A stretch of DNA of 64,000 nt from Spirochaetia bacterium (GTDB lineage: Bacteria; Spirochaetota; Spirochaetia; SZUA-6; Bin103). The position numbers and the translations under genes were made by a program. The stretch's first letter is position 1, and each line of letters begins with the position of its first letter. Below are positions 37,692-49,057 of this stretch, piece by piece. The notes beneath the pieces are model-generated. The model saw nothing but the letters and a program-made list of their open reading frames with translations, searched no databases and was not told where the DNA came from. The stretch lies in NCBI GenBank assembly GCA_965203905.1, contig CBDBDQ010000005.1:2144001-2208000 (forward strand), written 5' to 3'.

Positions 37692-38984
37692 TCAGTCCGC
37701 GAGCAGGGGCATCACTTCGCCCATGGCCGCCAGGGTGCGGTCCAGGTCCTCGTCGGTGTGGGCGGTGGACAGGTAGATCTTCTCGTACGGGCTGATGAAG
37801 AAGCCGCGCCGGATCATCTCGATGCCGAAGCGATACGCCTTGGCGCGGTCGGCGTAGAGCATCGACTGGTAGTTCTCGATGGCGCTGTCGGTGGTGAAGA
37901 GGACCTGCAGCACCGGGCCGTCGCCGCCCACCAGCAGCGGAATCGACAACTCCCGCCCCAGCCGCTCGATGCCCTGGCGCAGGCGGTCGGCCAGGGCGTC
38001 CAGCCGCTCGTAGGTTCCCGGTCTGGCCAGCTCCTCCAGGGTAGCCAGCCCGGCGGCCGCGCACAGCGGGTTGCCGTTGAAGGTGCCGGAGACGATGGTG
38101 CGCAGTGGGTCGGCGGGGTCGCGCCACGGGTTCACGGTGTCCAGCACGTCACCGCGGCCGCAGATCGCCGCCGCCGGATAGCCTCCCGAGATGGTCTTGC
38201 CGTAGGTGGCCAGGTCGGGGATCACGCCGTAGCGTTCCTGCGCCCCGCCCCAGGCGATGCGGAAGCCGGTGACCACCTCGTCGAAGATCAGGATGCTGCC
38301 GCTCTGCGCGGTCGACTCGCGCACCGTGCGCAGGAACTCCGACCGCGGCCGGATGCAGCGCTGCAGCGGCTCCACGCACACCGCGGCCAGTTCGGCGCCG
38401 TGGCGCTCGATGATCTGCGCCGCCATGGCCGCGTCGTTGAACGGTGCCACCAGGATGTCGTCGGCGAGGGTGGCGGGGAGCCCGGCGCTGTCCGCGGTGA
38501 CGCGCGGGTAGGCGCTGGGGCGCGGCGGCCGGGCGCCGTGCAGGCCGAAGTCGCTGACGCCGTGCCAGCCGCCCTCGAAGCGCAGCACCTTGCGGCGGCC
38601 GGTGAAGGCGCGCGCCATGCGCACCGCGAACGCGACCGCATCCGAGCCGGTGCCGACGAAGCGGATCTGGTCGCCGCAGGGAGCGGCGTCGACGATCCGC
38701 TCGCCCAGTGAGATGGTCGGCTCCGAGAGGGAGAAGAAGGTGGTGCCGCGCTGCACCTGCGCGCCCACCGCGGCCACCACCGCCGGATGGCAGTGCCCCA
38801 GGATCATCGGCCCGCTGCCGAGCAGGTAGTCGATGTACTCGCTGCCGTCGACCGTGTACAGCTTGCTGCCGGCCCCGCGTTCGAACACCACCGCCACGTC
38901 GTCGGGCAGGTGGAACTCGCCGAGGGTGCCGCCGACGAAGATGCGCTGCGCGCGGCGCAGCAGCTCGCGTTGGGTATCGCTCAT
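37692..38984 (-). CDS. Class III aminotransferase (glutamate-1-semialdehyde aminomutase-like)
   Basis: EYIDY, LIFDEVVTGFR, TYGKTISGG and GTFNGNP. Confidence 0.9.
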   Translation of the reverse strand: MSDTQRELLRRAQRIFVGGTLGEFHLPDDVAVVFERGAGSKLYTVDGSEYIDYLLGSGPMILGHCHPAVVAAVGAQVQRGTTFFSLSEPTISLGERIVDAAPCGDQIRFVGTGSDAVAFAVRMARAFTGRRKVLRFEGGWHGVSDFGLHGARPPRPSAYPRVTADSAGLPATLADDILVAPFNDAAMAAQIIERHGAELAAVCVEPLQRCIRPRSEFLRTVRESTAQSGSILIFDEVVTGFRIAWGGAQERYGVIPDLATYGKTISGGYPAAAICGRGDVLDTVNPWRDPADPLRTIVSGTFNGNPLCAAAGLATLEELARPGTYERLDALADRLRQGIERLGRELSIPLLVGGDGPVLQVLFTTDSAIENYQSMLYADRAKAYRFGIEMIRRGFFISPYEKIYLSTAHTDEDLDRTLAAMGEVMPLLAD

Positions 38985-39478
38985 GTGGCTTCTCCGGCGC
39001 GCTGCACCCAGCGGCGCAGGCGCTCCTGGTTGTGTTCGATGAGGCGCCGTTGATCGGGCCACAACATGGCCGGCAGGGCGCCGGGAGGGCACCACAGCGC
39101 CGGCTGCGGGTGGGCCGCACGATCCTGCGGCGTCGCCGCCCGCTCGGCGGTGAGGTAGGCGAAGACGTGGGTGACCGTCCAGTACGCGCGGTCGAAGGTG
39201 AGCCGCTCCAGCACGCCCAGCTTGCCCAGGAGCGTCAGGCCGGTGAGCCCGGTCTCCTCCGCGATCTCGCGCCGCGCCGCCGCCTCCGCGGTCTCACCCG
39301 GCTCCACCCCGCCCTTGGGGATCACGCAACTCGGCCAGTCTCCCTCGCGTGCCAGGGCCACCAGCAATCGTTCGTCCTGTACGGAGCACACCAGGCCGCC
39401 GGCGGTGAGCCGTTGCGGGGTGTGGGGCGGCCGCCGGTACCAGCTCTCGTCGATCACCGTCTCCACGGCGACCAGCAT
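38981..39478 (-). CDS. NUDIX hydrolase
   Basis: Nudix box GGVEPGETAEAAARREIAEETG; start approximate. Confidence 0.88.
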   Translation of the reverse strand: MLVAVETVIDESWYRRPPHTPQRLTAGGLVCSVQDERLLVALAREGDWPSCVIPKGGVEPGETAEAAARREIAEETGLTGLTLLGKLGVLERLTFDRAYWTVTHVFAYLTAERAATPQDRAAHPQPALWCPPGALPAMLWPDQRRLIEHNQERLRRWVQRAGEAT

Positions 39479-39665
39479 AACGGCCCCCGCCGCGCAACGC
39501 CACCTGAGGCCGCCATGCGGTGCGGATCGTGGGTCCGGGTTCCAGGTGCGCCCGCTGCGGCCGATGCTATGGGTATGGGCGGGTATAGGTATATTCACTC
39601 CGGCGGGGGTTTGTGGTACATCAATACAATAGCGTGACTGCCGTCGCGGTCGCGCACACTATCCC

Positions 39666-40633
<968 letters not shown>

Positions 40634-40637
<4 letters not shown>

Positions 40638-41341
40638 GTCCGGCATTCTTCCGCGTGGTGACGCGCGAGCTGCGCGCCGCGTTCGGCTCGCCGGTGGCGT
40701 ACATCGTCATCGTCATCTTCCTCACCGTCACCGGCTGGTTCTTCTTCACGCCGTTCTTCCTCAACGGCCGCGCCGACCTGCGCGAGTTCTTCCGCCTGCT
40801 GCCGATGACGCTCGGCCTGGTGGTGCCGGCGGTGACCATGCGGGTGTTTTCGGAAGAATTCAGCACCGGTTCGTACGAGGTGCTCACCACCCTGCCGATG
40901 ACCCGCTTCGACGTGCTGCTGGGCAAATTCACCGGCAGCCTGCTGTTCATCCTGCTGATGCTGGTGCCCACGCTGGCGTATCCGATCATCGTCGCGACCC
41001 TCGGCGACCTGGATGCCGGCCCGGTGGTGGGCGGCTACGTCGGCGCGGTGCTGCTGGCGGCCCTCTACTGCTCGGTCGGCCTGTTCGCCTCGGCGCTCAC
41101 CAAGAACCAGATCGTGGCGTTCATCATCGGCCTGGCGCTGTGCGCCTTCCTGGTGCTGATCGACAAGGTGCTGTTCTTCATCCCCGCCGGCCTCACCGGC
41201 GTCTTGCAGTACCTGGGCGCCGACTTCCACTTCCGCAACGTCGCCAAGGGGGTGCTCGATTCGCGTGACGTGGTGTACTTCGTGAGCGCCGCCTTCGTGG
41301 CGCTGTACGCCACCAACCTGGTGGTGGAGAAGCGCATATGA
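40634..41341 (+). CDS. ABC-2 permease (GldF-like)
   Basis: SPVAYIV, PAVTMR.FSEE..G..E.L.T.P and NQIVAF. Confidence 0.88.
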
Positions 41342-43752
41342 GCAACACACCGCAGGTGGGTAGCACACCGAAGGTGGGTAGTGCACCGAAGGTGGGTAGT
41401 GCACCGCAGGCACCCGCCGCTCCCGACGCGGCTGAGGCACGCAAGAGCGGCAAGGGCGCGCCGCAGCCGCTGCGCACCGGGCTGCGGATCCTGGAGATCG
41501 CGCTGTTTCTCGGCGCGGTGATCATGATCAACATTTCCTCCGCCTCGGGCCTGTTCCAGCGCCTGGACCTCACCGAGAGCGGGCTCTACTCGCTGTCGCC
41601 GCCGAGCATCGACGCGGTATCCGCGCTGCGCGAACCGCTCACCATCCGCGCCTTCTTCACGCCGAACCTGCCCGCCCCCTACAACACTGCGGAGCAGGCG
41701 GTACGCGACCTGCTGGAGGAGTACGCGGTGTACGGAGGCGAGTTCTTCAACTACCAGTTCATCTCCATGGGCGCCGAGGAGGTGGGACAGGAGGAGGCGA
41801 TCGCCAACGAGGAGTTGGCGCGCCAGTACCTGATCTACCCGATCCAGATCGAGCGGCTGGAGCGCGACGAGGTGACGCTGAGCACCGCCTACACCGGCAT
41901 GGCGCTGATCCACGGCGACCTGATCGAGACCATCCCGTCGATCACCGATCCCGACCAGCTGGAGCTCATCATCACCGAGGCGATCACCAAGCTCACCGAA
42001 CGTATCAGCAGTCTGCTGGCGCTGGAGGAAGACATCATGGTGCGGCTCTACTTCTCGTCGCCGCTGACCATGCTGGCACCCGGCGTGGACCAGTTCCCGA
42101 TGGCGGTCGAGGATCTGGTCAAGGAGCTCAACGCCGCCTACTTCGACCGCCTGCAGTTCGAGCACATCGATGCCAACGAGGAGCTGGTCCCGCTGGAGGA
42201 AGCGACCCGGCTGCGCCTGGCGCCGCTGCAGCTCCAGGGCCCCGACGGCAGCGCCGTGCTGGCCTACGCCGGCCTGTCGGTTACTTCGGCAGAGACCACC
42301 ATCACCATGAACCTGCTGCAGGGCAGCGTCATGGGCTACCAACTCGCCGACATGGAGACCATCCGCCGTTCCCTGGACGACACCCTGAAGAACGTGCTCG
42401 GCACCCAGGAGGAGATGGGCTACCTGGCCGACTTCGAGACGCCCCCCTACCGCGGCCGCGCCAACGCCACCACGCCGACCGACATGGTGGAGGCGGAGCT
42501 TTCCAACCTGTTCCAACTGGTGTCGGCCGAGTACACCTACCGCGGCCTGCTGCTGGAGGACCGGCTGGTGCCGGAGGGCCTGCGCAGCATGCTGGTGGTG
42601 GGGCCGCAGGAGCCGCTCAACGAGTGGGCGCTGTTCCAGATCGACCAGTTCCTGCTGCGTGGCGGCTCTCTGATCCTGTTCCTGGACTCCCATGACATCT
42701 ACGTGAGCCAGGGCGGCGGTTTCGGCGGCGGCGGCGCCTTCCACCTGCCGCGGGAGACCGGCCTGGAGGCGATGCTGGAGCATTACGGCATCCGGCTCAA
42801 GCAGTCCTACGTGTTGGACGAGCAGGCATTCGTGCAACGCCAGCCGTCGCCGCGCGGCGGCTACGTGGAGAGCGAGATCTACTTCGCGCCGTTGTTGAAG
42901 GAGGACGAGATCGACCAGGAGGTGGCGTTCCTCACCAACCTGGAGGAGCTGATCATGCTCAACATCTCGCCGCTGGAACTGGCGAGCGAGAGCCTGCAGG
43001 AGGGGGTTGCCTACACCGAGGCGCTGCGCACCTCGTCCACCGCGTGGGAGATGGAGGGACGCATCGACCTGATGGGCGCGCAGCCGCCCGGGGAGGACGT
43101 GCGGGCTTCGTTTCCCCTTGCGTACCTGGCCGAGGGCACCTTTACCAGCTACTTCGCCGAGCGCGAGATTCCCGAGCGACCGCGCGACGAGCCCTCGTCG
43201 CAGGATGATGACGAGGAAGCGCAGCCGATCATCTCGGCCGAGGAACTGCAGGCGGAGCAGAGCTTCACCCCCGAGGGGGAGGGCAGGTTGTTCGTGGTGG
43301 GCACCTCCGCGATCCTGGGCAGCGGTTTCATCGACGTCCAGGGCCGCAACCCGAATTCCCTGTTGCTGCTCAACCTGATCGACGCCATGAACGGGCGCGA
43401 GGACCGCGCGCTGATGCGAACCAAGGGCCGCCGGGTGCGCCCGCTGCGCGAGATCGAGCCGCCGGCGCGCACCGCCATCAAGACCTTCGCCGTGGCCGGG
43501 CTGCCGGCGCTGGTGGTGCTGGCGGGCGTCGTGGTGTGGGTGCTCGGCGGGATGCGCCGGCACCGGATTCGCCTGCAATACGGCAGCGGCGCGGTACCGC
43601 AGTCGGAGGCGGACGCCACCGCTGAGGACTCGGGCCATGGTGACGCCGGAGGCAGTGCGAAGGCGGGCTCCGGTGGGTCCGCGGGCCGCAAGGGCAACCG
43701 TGGCGGCGGCGCCAGGAGCGGGAGAGCCAGGAGCGGGGGTGCGGCGTGCTGA
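41338..43752 (+). CDS. GldG-like ABC auxiliary protein
   Basis: RLDLT...YSLS, IDQFLLRGG and C-terminal TM segment. Confidence 0.85.
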   Translation: MSNTPQVGSTPKVGSAPKVGSAPQAPAAPDAAEARKSGKGAPQPLRTGLRILEIALFLGAVIMINISSASGLFQRLDLTESGLYSLSPPSIDAVSALREPLTIRAFFTPNLPAPYNTAEQAVRDLLEEYAVYGGEFFNYQFISMGAEEVGQEEAIANEELARQYLIYPIQIERLERDEVTLSTAYTGMALIHGDLIETIPSITDPDQLELIITEAITKLTERISSLLALEEDIMVRLYFSSPLTMLAPGVDQFPMAVEDLVKELNAAYFDRLQFEHIDANEELVPLEEATRLRLAPLQLQGPDGSAVLAYAGLSVTSAETTITMNLLQGSVMGYQLADMETIRRSLDDTLKNVLGTQEEMGYLADFETPPYRGRANATTPTDMVEAELSNLFQLVSAEYTYRGLLLEDRLVPEGLRSMLVVGPQEPLNEWALFQIDQFLLRGGSLILFLDSHDIYVSQGGGFGGGGAFHLPRETGLEAMLEHYGIRLKQSYVLDEQAFVQRQPSPRGGYVESEIYFAPLLKEDEIDQEVAFLTNLEELIMLNISPLELASESLQEGVAYTEALRTSSTAWEMEGRIDLMGAQPPGEDVRASFPLAYLAEGTFTSYFAEREIPERPRDEPSSQDDDEEAQPIISAEELQAEQSFTPEGEGRLFVVGTSAILGSGFIDVQGRNPNSLLLLNLIDAMNGREDRALMRTKGRRVRPLREIEPPARTAIKTFAVAGLPALVVLAGVVVWVLGGMRRHRIRLQYGSGAVPQSEADATAEDSGHGDAGGSAKAGSGGSAGRKGNRGGGARSGRARSGGAAC
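41353..41406 (+). repeat. 18-bp coding tandem repeat x3 (QVGSTP/KVGSAP/KVGSAP)
   Basis: caggtgggtagcacaccg, then aaggtgggtagtgcaccg twice. Confidence 0.9.
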
Positions 43753-44672
43753 CCCTGGAACGACTGCTCACGCGCTACGTTCTGCCGGCGCTGATTATCG
43801 CCGGGTTGCTGCTCTACCTGGGGCTGCGCAATCGCGACCGGCTGCTGTACGAGCTGCCGCAGCTTCCCGAGCTGGTGCTGGCGGACGTGGACCGGGTCGA
43901 GATTACCAAGGGCGAGCGCGCCACCTCGGTGCGGCGCGAAGGCGAGGGCTGGGTGCTGGAGCCGGAGGACTTCCCTGCCGCCGGGCAGCAGGTGGACACC
44001 ATGGTGCGGATGCTGGCCGCCATCCGGGTCACCGACCTGGTGTCGGAGCACGCCGCCTACAGCCGCTTCGAGCTGGACCCCGACTCCGCCCTGCGGGTGA
44101 CTGCCTACCAGGGCGACAAGGTGCTGCGCACCATCGAGATCGGCAAGGAGGCGCGCACCTACCAGCACACCTACGTCAAGCTGGAGGGCGACCGCCGCGT
44201 GTACCAGGCGGAGGGCGATCTGGGCAATTACTTCCCCGTGGTGGGCGACGTACTGCGCGACAAGCTGGTGCTGACCGTCGACGTGGAGACGGTGGGGGAG
44301 ATCGTGGCGCGCAGTCCCGGGGAGGAACTGGTGCTGCGCAAGCGACCCTCCCTGGAGGAGGACGCGGCCCCCGACTGGGTGACGGCGGACGGCGCGGAGT
44401 GGGACACCGCCAAGGTCAACGAGTCGCTGCAGCGCCTCGCCAACCTCAGCACCTTCCGTTTCGCCGAGGGGCCGCCGGCCGCGGGCGGCGAGGTGCTGGA
44501 GCTGACCTTGAACACCGAGGCCGGCGCCAGCCACACGCTGCAGGTGTTCGCCCGCCAGGGGAACAGCTACCCGGCGACCTCGTCCGGCTCCGAATACCCG
44601 TTCCTGCTGTTCGTGTGGATGGTGAACGGTTTTCTGGAGGCATTCACGACCGCCGGTCCGCCCGAGGAGTAA
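43746..44672 (+). CDS. DUF4340 domain protein
   Basis: N-terminal TM segment, usual position after gldG-like gene, IGK...TYV...VY motif. Confidence 0.75.
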   Translation: MLTLERLLTRYVLPALIIAGLLLYLGLRNRDRLLYELPQLPELVLADVDRVEITKGERATSVRREGEGWVLEPEDFPAAGQQVDTMVRMLAAIRVTDLVSEHAAYSRFELDPDSALRVTAYQGDKVLRTIEIGKEARTYQHTYVKLEGDRRVYQAEGDLGNYFPVVGDVLRDKLVLTVDVETVGEIVARSPGEELVLRKRPSLEEDAAPDWVTADGAEWDTAKVNESLQRLANLSTFRFAEGPPAAGGEVLELTLNTEAGASHTLQVFARQGNSYPATSSGSEYPFLLFVWMVNGFLEAFTTAGPPEE

Positions 44673-44682
44673 CCGGCCGCCC

Positions 44683-45858
44683 ATGCGCCTGAAGCAGATC
44701 CGCGCCGCCTGCGTCGACCTGGTGCCGCGGCCACGGACGCCGCCGCGGGTGGCGGCCGCCACCGACAGCACCTTCCACCGCCCCCTGGACCGCTATCCCG
44801 AGGCAAGCCGCGCCGCCGCCTCCGACTGGCTGACGGTGGCGTGCGTGGCGACCGCGGACGACGGCACCTGGGGCCTCGGCCTGTCGCTGCACGGCACGCC
44901 GGTGGCGGCGATCGTCAACGACCATTTCGCCCCGTTGCTGGTGGGGCAGCCGGTCACCGCCACCGAGAAGGCGTGGGACCTGATGCGGCGGGCGGCGGCC
45001 CCGTTCGGCACCGACAGCCTCACCAGCTACGCCATGAGCGCCATCGACCTGGCGCTGTGGGACCTCAAGGGCAAGCTGCTGCGGCGGCCGGTGTACGAAC
45101 TGCTCGGCGGGCCACAGAAGGAGCGCATCTTCTGCTACGCCAGCAACACCACCCTCACCTACGGCATGGAGCACAGCCTGGAGTGGTTCCTGGAGCTCGG
45201 CTTTCGCGCCGTGAAGATCTTCCTCACCGAGGGCCCGGCCCAGGGCCTCGCCGGGTTGCGCCGCACCGAGGAGCGGGTGGCGCGGGCACGCGAGCTGGTG
45301 GGCGACGACGTGGAGCTGGCGGTGGACGCCTGGCTGGGGCTGGACGTGGAGTACGCCGTGCGGCTGGGCGAGATGCTGCGTCCCTACCGCATCAAGTGGC
45401 TGGAGGACTTTCTGCCGGCGGACGACCTGGAGGGCTACGCGGCGGTGCGCCGGCGGCTGCCCGGCGTCACCCTGGCCGCGGGCGAGCACTGGTACGGCGT
45501 GGGCAGCTTCGCGAGCGCGGTGCAGCGGCGGCTGGTGGACATCCTGCAGCCCGATCTGCAGTGGTGCGGGGGCCTGAGCAACGGGGTACGCATCTGTCAC
45601 CTGGCCGACGCCGCCGGACTCTCGGTGATCGCCCACGGCGGGATGAACACGCCGTTCGGCCAGCACCTCTCCTTCGCCATGCCCGCCGTGCCGTGGGGCG
45701 AGCGCTCCCAGGGCGTGTCGCCGCCGGGGGTGCCGCTCGAGGAGATGGTGTACGTCCCCGGCACCCCCGTGATCCGCGACGGCTGGCTGGTCCCCAGCGA
45801 CGCTCCCGGCTTCGGCATCGAAGCCACCCTGGAGTGGCTGGAAGAACACACCGTCTGA
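44683..45858 (+). CDS. Mandelate racemase/enolase-superfamily dehydratase (L-rhamnonate dehydratase-like)
   Basis: SAIDLALWDLKGK, VDAW, WLED, GEH and LQPDLQWCGG. Confidence 0.88.
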   Translation: MRLKQIRAACVDLVPRPRTPPRVAAATDSTFHRPLDRYPEASRAAASDWLTVACVATADDGTWGLGLSLHGTPVAAIVNDHFAPLLVGQPVTATEKAWDLMRRAAAPFGTDSLTSYAMSAIDLALWDLKGKLLRRPVYELLGGPQKERIFCYASNTTLTYGMEHSLEWFLELGFRAVKIFLTEGPAQGLAGLRRTEERVARARELVGDDVELAVDAWLGLDVEYAVRLGEMLRPYRIKWLEDFLPADDLEGYAAVRRRLPGVTLAAGEHWYGVGSFASAVQRRLVDILQPDLQWCGGLSNGVRICHLADAAGLSVIAHGGMNTPFGQHLSFAMPAVPWGERSQGVSPPGVPLEEMVYVPGTPVIRDGWLVPSDAPGFGIEATLEWLEEHTV

Positions 45859-45921
45859 GCACCCGCGCGGGCCGCCGGTCGGACTGGTGCCGCGGGTTGC
45901 ATACGGGGTAGCCTGCGCCGC

Positions 45922-46314
45922 ATGAGACTGGAGCACGTAGCCCTCAACGTTCCCGACGTCCGCGCCATGGCCGCCTGGTACGTCGAGCATCTCGGCATGA
46001 AGATCGCGAGTGAGGGCGACACCCCGCCCTACGCCACCTTCGTCACCGACTCGGCCGGCCGCAGCATGCTGGAGCTGTACACGTGGGAGGACCCGGTTCC
46101 GCCGCAGTGGAGCGAGCGCGACCGCTATCAACTGCACCTGGCGTTCCTCACCGACGACCTGGAGGCGGACCGCGACCGCCTGGTGGCGGCCGGCGCCACG
46201 ATCGACGGCGATCCGGTGCACAACCCGGTGGGCGACGTGCTGCTGTTCTTCCGCGATCCCTGGGGCGTGTCGTTCCAGATCGTGAGCCGGGCCGTGCACC
46301 TGCTCAAGGAGTGA
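45922..46314 (+). CDS. VOC/glyoxalase family protein
   Basis: LEHVALNV, HLAF and FRDPWG. Confidence 0.88.
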   Translation: MRLEHVALNVPDVRAMAAWYVEHLGMKIASEGDTPPYATFVTDSAGRSMLELYTWEDPVPPQWSERDRYQLHLAFLTDDLEADRDRLVAAGATIDGDPVHNPVGDVLLFFRDPWGVSFQIVSRAVHLLKE

Positions 46315-46988
46315 TGGCCCTCTCCGAGGGCTTGTTCGAGTTCCTGGCGGAGCTGAAGGAGAACAACGACCGCGAGTGGTTCCAGGCTCGCAAGGGGCGC
46401 TACGAAGATGAGGTGAAAGCGCCGCTGCTGGCCTTCATCGGCGGCTTCGACGAGCACCTCGGGCGCCTCAGCGCCCACTTCGTGGCCGACCCGCGGCCGG
46501 TGGGCGGTTCGCTGTTCCGCATCTACCGCGACGTCCGTTTCTCCAAGGACAAGTCACCCTACAAGACGGCCGCCGGAATCCACTTCCGCCATGAACGCGC
46601 GAAAGACGTGCACGCCCCCGGCTACTACCTGCACCTGGAGCAGGAAGCGTGCTTTGCGGCCTGTGGACTGTGGATGCCGGCCACGGCGCAGGCGCAACAG
46701 GTGCGCGCCGCCATCGACCGCGACCAGCCCGGCTGGCGGGCCGCGCGACAGGCGGCGCAGGCCGGCGGCTTCATCATGGACGGCAACTCCCTCAAGCGCC
46801 CTCCGCGCGGCTATGCCGCCGACCATCCGCTGATCGAGGACCTCAAGCACAAGGACTTCACCGTTTCCATCGAGCTCGACCAGCAGGCTGTCCTCGCCGA
46901 GGAATTCCCGGTGCGTCTGGAGGAGATGTGGTCCCACACCACTCCCTTCATGCGCTTCGTCACCGAAGCCCTCGCCCTCCCATTCTGA
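46314..46988 (+). CDS. DUF2461 family protein
   Basis: NNDREWF, FRIYRDVRFSKDKSPYK and LKRPPRGY. Confidence 0.92.
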   Translation: MALSEGLFEFLAELKENNDREWFQARKGRYEDEVKAPLLAFIGGFDEHLGRLSAHFVADPRPVGGSLFRIYRDVRFSKDKSPYKTAAGIHFRHERAKDVHAPGYYLHLEQEACFAACGLWMPATAQAQQVRAAIDRDQPGWRAARQAAQAGGFIMDGNSLKRPPRGYAADHPLIEDLKHKDFTVSIELDQQAVLAEEFPVRLEEMWSHTTPFMRFVTEALALPF

Positions 46989-47075
46989 AGCGCCGTGCGT
47001 GTGCTGCATGCCCGAATGGACGCGTTCCGTCACTTCTGACCGTTCGGGCCGTGCCGATCCCGTTCGGGGTCTCGA

Positions 47076-47960
47076 TCAGGCCGGCGAATCGCGCGGCGGT
47101 GGCGCGCAGGGCTCGGCTCGCCCTACGAGTGCGCGAAGCTGGGTCAGCTCCTCGGCCCACAGCTCCTGGTCGACGGTCTCGGTGATCAGCGGCAGGTCGT
47201 CGAAGCGCGGATCGTTCATCAACAGCCGGAACGGCTCCCAGCCCATGGTGCCCTTGCCGAGGCTCTCGTGGCGGTCCACCCGGCTGCCCAGCCCGGTCTT
47301 GGAGTCGTTGAGGTGGGCGCCGGCCAGATAGCGCAGGCCCACCACCTGATCGAACTCGGCCATCGTCCGCTCGTACGCATCTGCCGTGGTGAGATCGTAG
47401 CCGGCTGCGTGCAGGTGGCAGGTGTCCAGACAGACGCCGATGCGGGACTTGTCCTCGATGCCGTCGACCAGGGCCGCGAGTTGCTCGAAGCTGTGGCCCA
47501 GGTGGCTGCCCTGACCTGCGGTGCACTCGTACACGGCGATTACCCCGGGGATCTCGGCAATGGCCCGGTTGAGGAAGGAGGTGATCTGTTCGGTGCACGC
47601 GGCGTCGTCCATCCTGCCGAGGTGACTGCCGGGGTGGAAGTTCAGGCAGCGCAGTCCGAGGCGCCGGCAGCGTTCGAACTCGTCCAGGAAGCCCGCCTGC
47701 GACTTGCGCACGATCTCGGCGTCGGGGGCGCCCAGGTTGATCAGGTAGCCCGCGTGCGGCAGCACGCGGTGCAGCGGGATGCCGACCGCGGCGCATTGCT
47801 CGCGGAAGGTGACGGCCTCATCGTCGGCCAGCGGTTTCGCCGCCCAGCGCCGCTGGTTGCGGGTGAAGATGGCGAACGCCGTGGCCCCGAGGGCCTGGGC
47901 ACGTTGCGGCGCTGTGTGCACGCCGCCGGCGGTGGAAACATGGGCGCCGAGATATTTCAT
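47076..47960 (-). CDS. nfo: Endonuclease IV
   Basis: GAHVS, HAGYLINL, FHPG, CLDTCH, HLNDSK, DRHE and ET. Confidence 0.95.
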   Translation of the reverse strand: MKYLGAHVSTAGGVHTAPQRAQALGATAFAIFTRNQRRWAAKPLADDEAVTFREQCAAVGIPLHRVLPHAGYLINLGAPDAEIVRKSQAGFLDEFERCRRLGLRCLNFHPGSHLGRMDDAACTEQITSFLNRAIAEIPGVIAVYECTAGQGSHLGHSFEQLAALVDGIEDKSRIGVCLDTCHLHAAGYDLTTADAYERTMAEFDQVVGLRYLAGAHLNDSKTGLGSRVDRHESLGKGTMGWEPFRLLMNDPRFDDLPLITETVDQELWAEELTQLRALVGRAEPCAPPPRDSPA

Positions 47961-47991
47961 GGTCGCACGTAGGATAGGATAGGGTGGCGGC

Positions 47992-48981
47992 ATGATCCTG
48001 GTAAGTGGGCAGAACTGCGCGTGGCAGCTTACCTACCGCTTCCAACGCGTAACCCCGGGCGCGGTCAACCGGGTGCAGGAGGTGCAGCGCTCGGCGGCGG
48101 GCAAGGGGGTCAACGTAGCCCGCGTGCTCGCCGCCCTGGAGGTGCCGGCGACGCTCCTGGCATACCTGGGCGGCGCCAACGGGAGTCGCATTCGCGCGGC
48201 CCTGCGCCGCGAGGGGATCGGTGCGCGGGTGGTCGAGATGGACGCCGATACGCGCACCTGCGTCACCCTGCTGGAGGGCCGCGTCGCGGCACGGGCGCGC
48301 CAGGTCACCGAGCTGGTGGAGCCGGCCGCCGTGGCGGACGAGGCGGCGCAGGAGCGCTTCGCGGCCGCGTACGAAGAGCTTCTGCCGCAGGCCACCGCGG
48401 TGGTGATTGCCGGAACCGCCATTGGCGGAGCCCGGTGCGCCGAGTACGCCGAGATGGTGCGGCGCGCGCACCGGCGCGGTGTGCTGACCCTGCTCGACGC
48501 CTACCGGGACCACGGCCGCGCCGCCCTGGAAGCCGCACCCACCGTGCTCAAGATCAACCGTGCTGAGCTGGCCGAGCTGACAGGTAAGCCGGTGGCCACG
48601 GTGGCGGCCCGCGTCGCCGCCTATCGCCACCTGCGCGACAGCCACGGCGTGCGCTGGGTGATGGTCACCGCCGGGGCGGAGGGCATCGAGGCCTACGATG
48701 GGACCCGCCTGGTGCGCGCCGTTCCGCCGCCGGTGCCGGTGGTCAACTCGATCGGGAGCGGGGATGCCGCGGCCGCGGGAGTGATGGCCGGAATCGTGGC
48801 GGCCGCCGGCGCAGACGGCCGAGCACCAGTACCTCTCGAGCGTGCCGATCTGGCCGTCGCCGCACGATTCGCGGTGGCTTGCGGGAGCGCCAACTGTGGC
48901 TCCCCCGTACCCGGAGTGGTGCCCCGCAACGTGTTCCGGACGCTCTACGAGCAGGTCGTCATCTCCGAGCAAGAGCCCTGA
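47992..48981 (+). CDS. PfkB family carbohydrate kinase (1-phosphofructokinase-like)
   Basis: GKGVNVA, LKIN..EL and NSIGSGD. Confidence 0.9.
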   Translation: MILVSGQNCAWQLTYRFQRVTPGAVNRVQEVQRSAAGKGVNVARVLAALEVPATLLAYLGGANGSRIRAALRREGIGARVVEMDADTRTCVTLLEGRVAARARQVTELVEPAAVADEAAQERFAAAYEELLPQATAVVIAGTAIGGARCAEYAEMVRRAHRRGVLTLLDAYRDHGRAALEAAPTVLKINRAELAELTGKPVATVAARVAAYRHLRDSHGVRWVMVTAGAEGIEAYDGTRLVRAVPPPVPVVNSIGSGDAAAAGVMAGIVAAAGADGRAPVPLERADLAVAARFAVACGSANCGSPVPGVVPRNVFRTLYEQVVISEQEP

Positions 48982-49057
48982 TCGGCCCGGCGCCGGCCCG
49001 GGAAACCGAGAGTAGTTGATTTGTAAGAAACAAGAGGTGTGATAGCGTGTCGGACCT

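Noticed and set aside
41353-41406. 18-bp repeats as a CRISPR array
   Set aside because: Contiguous in-frame tandem units with no spacers.
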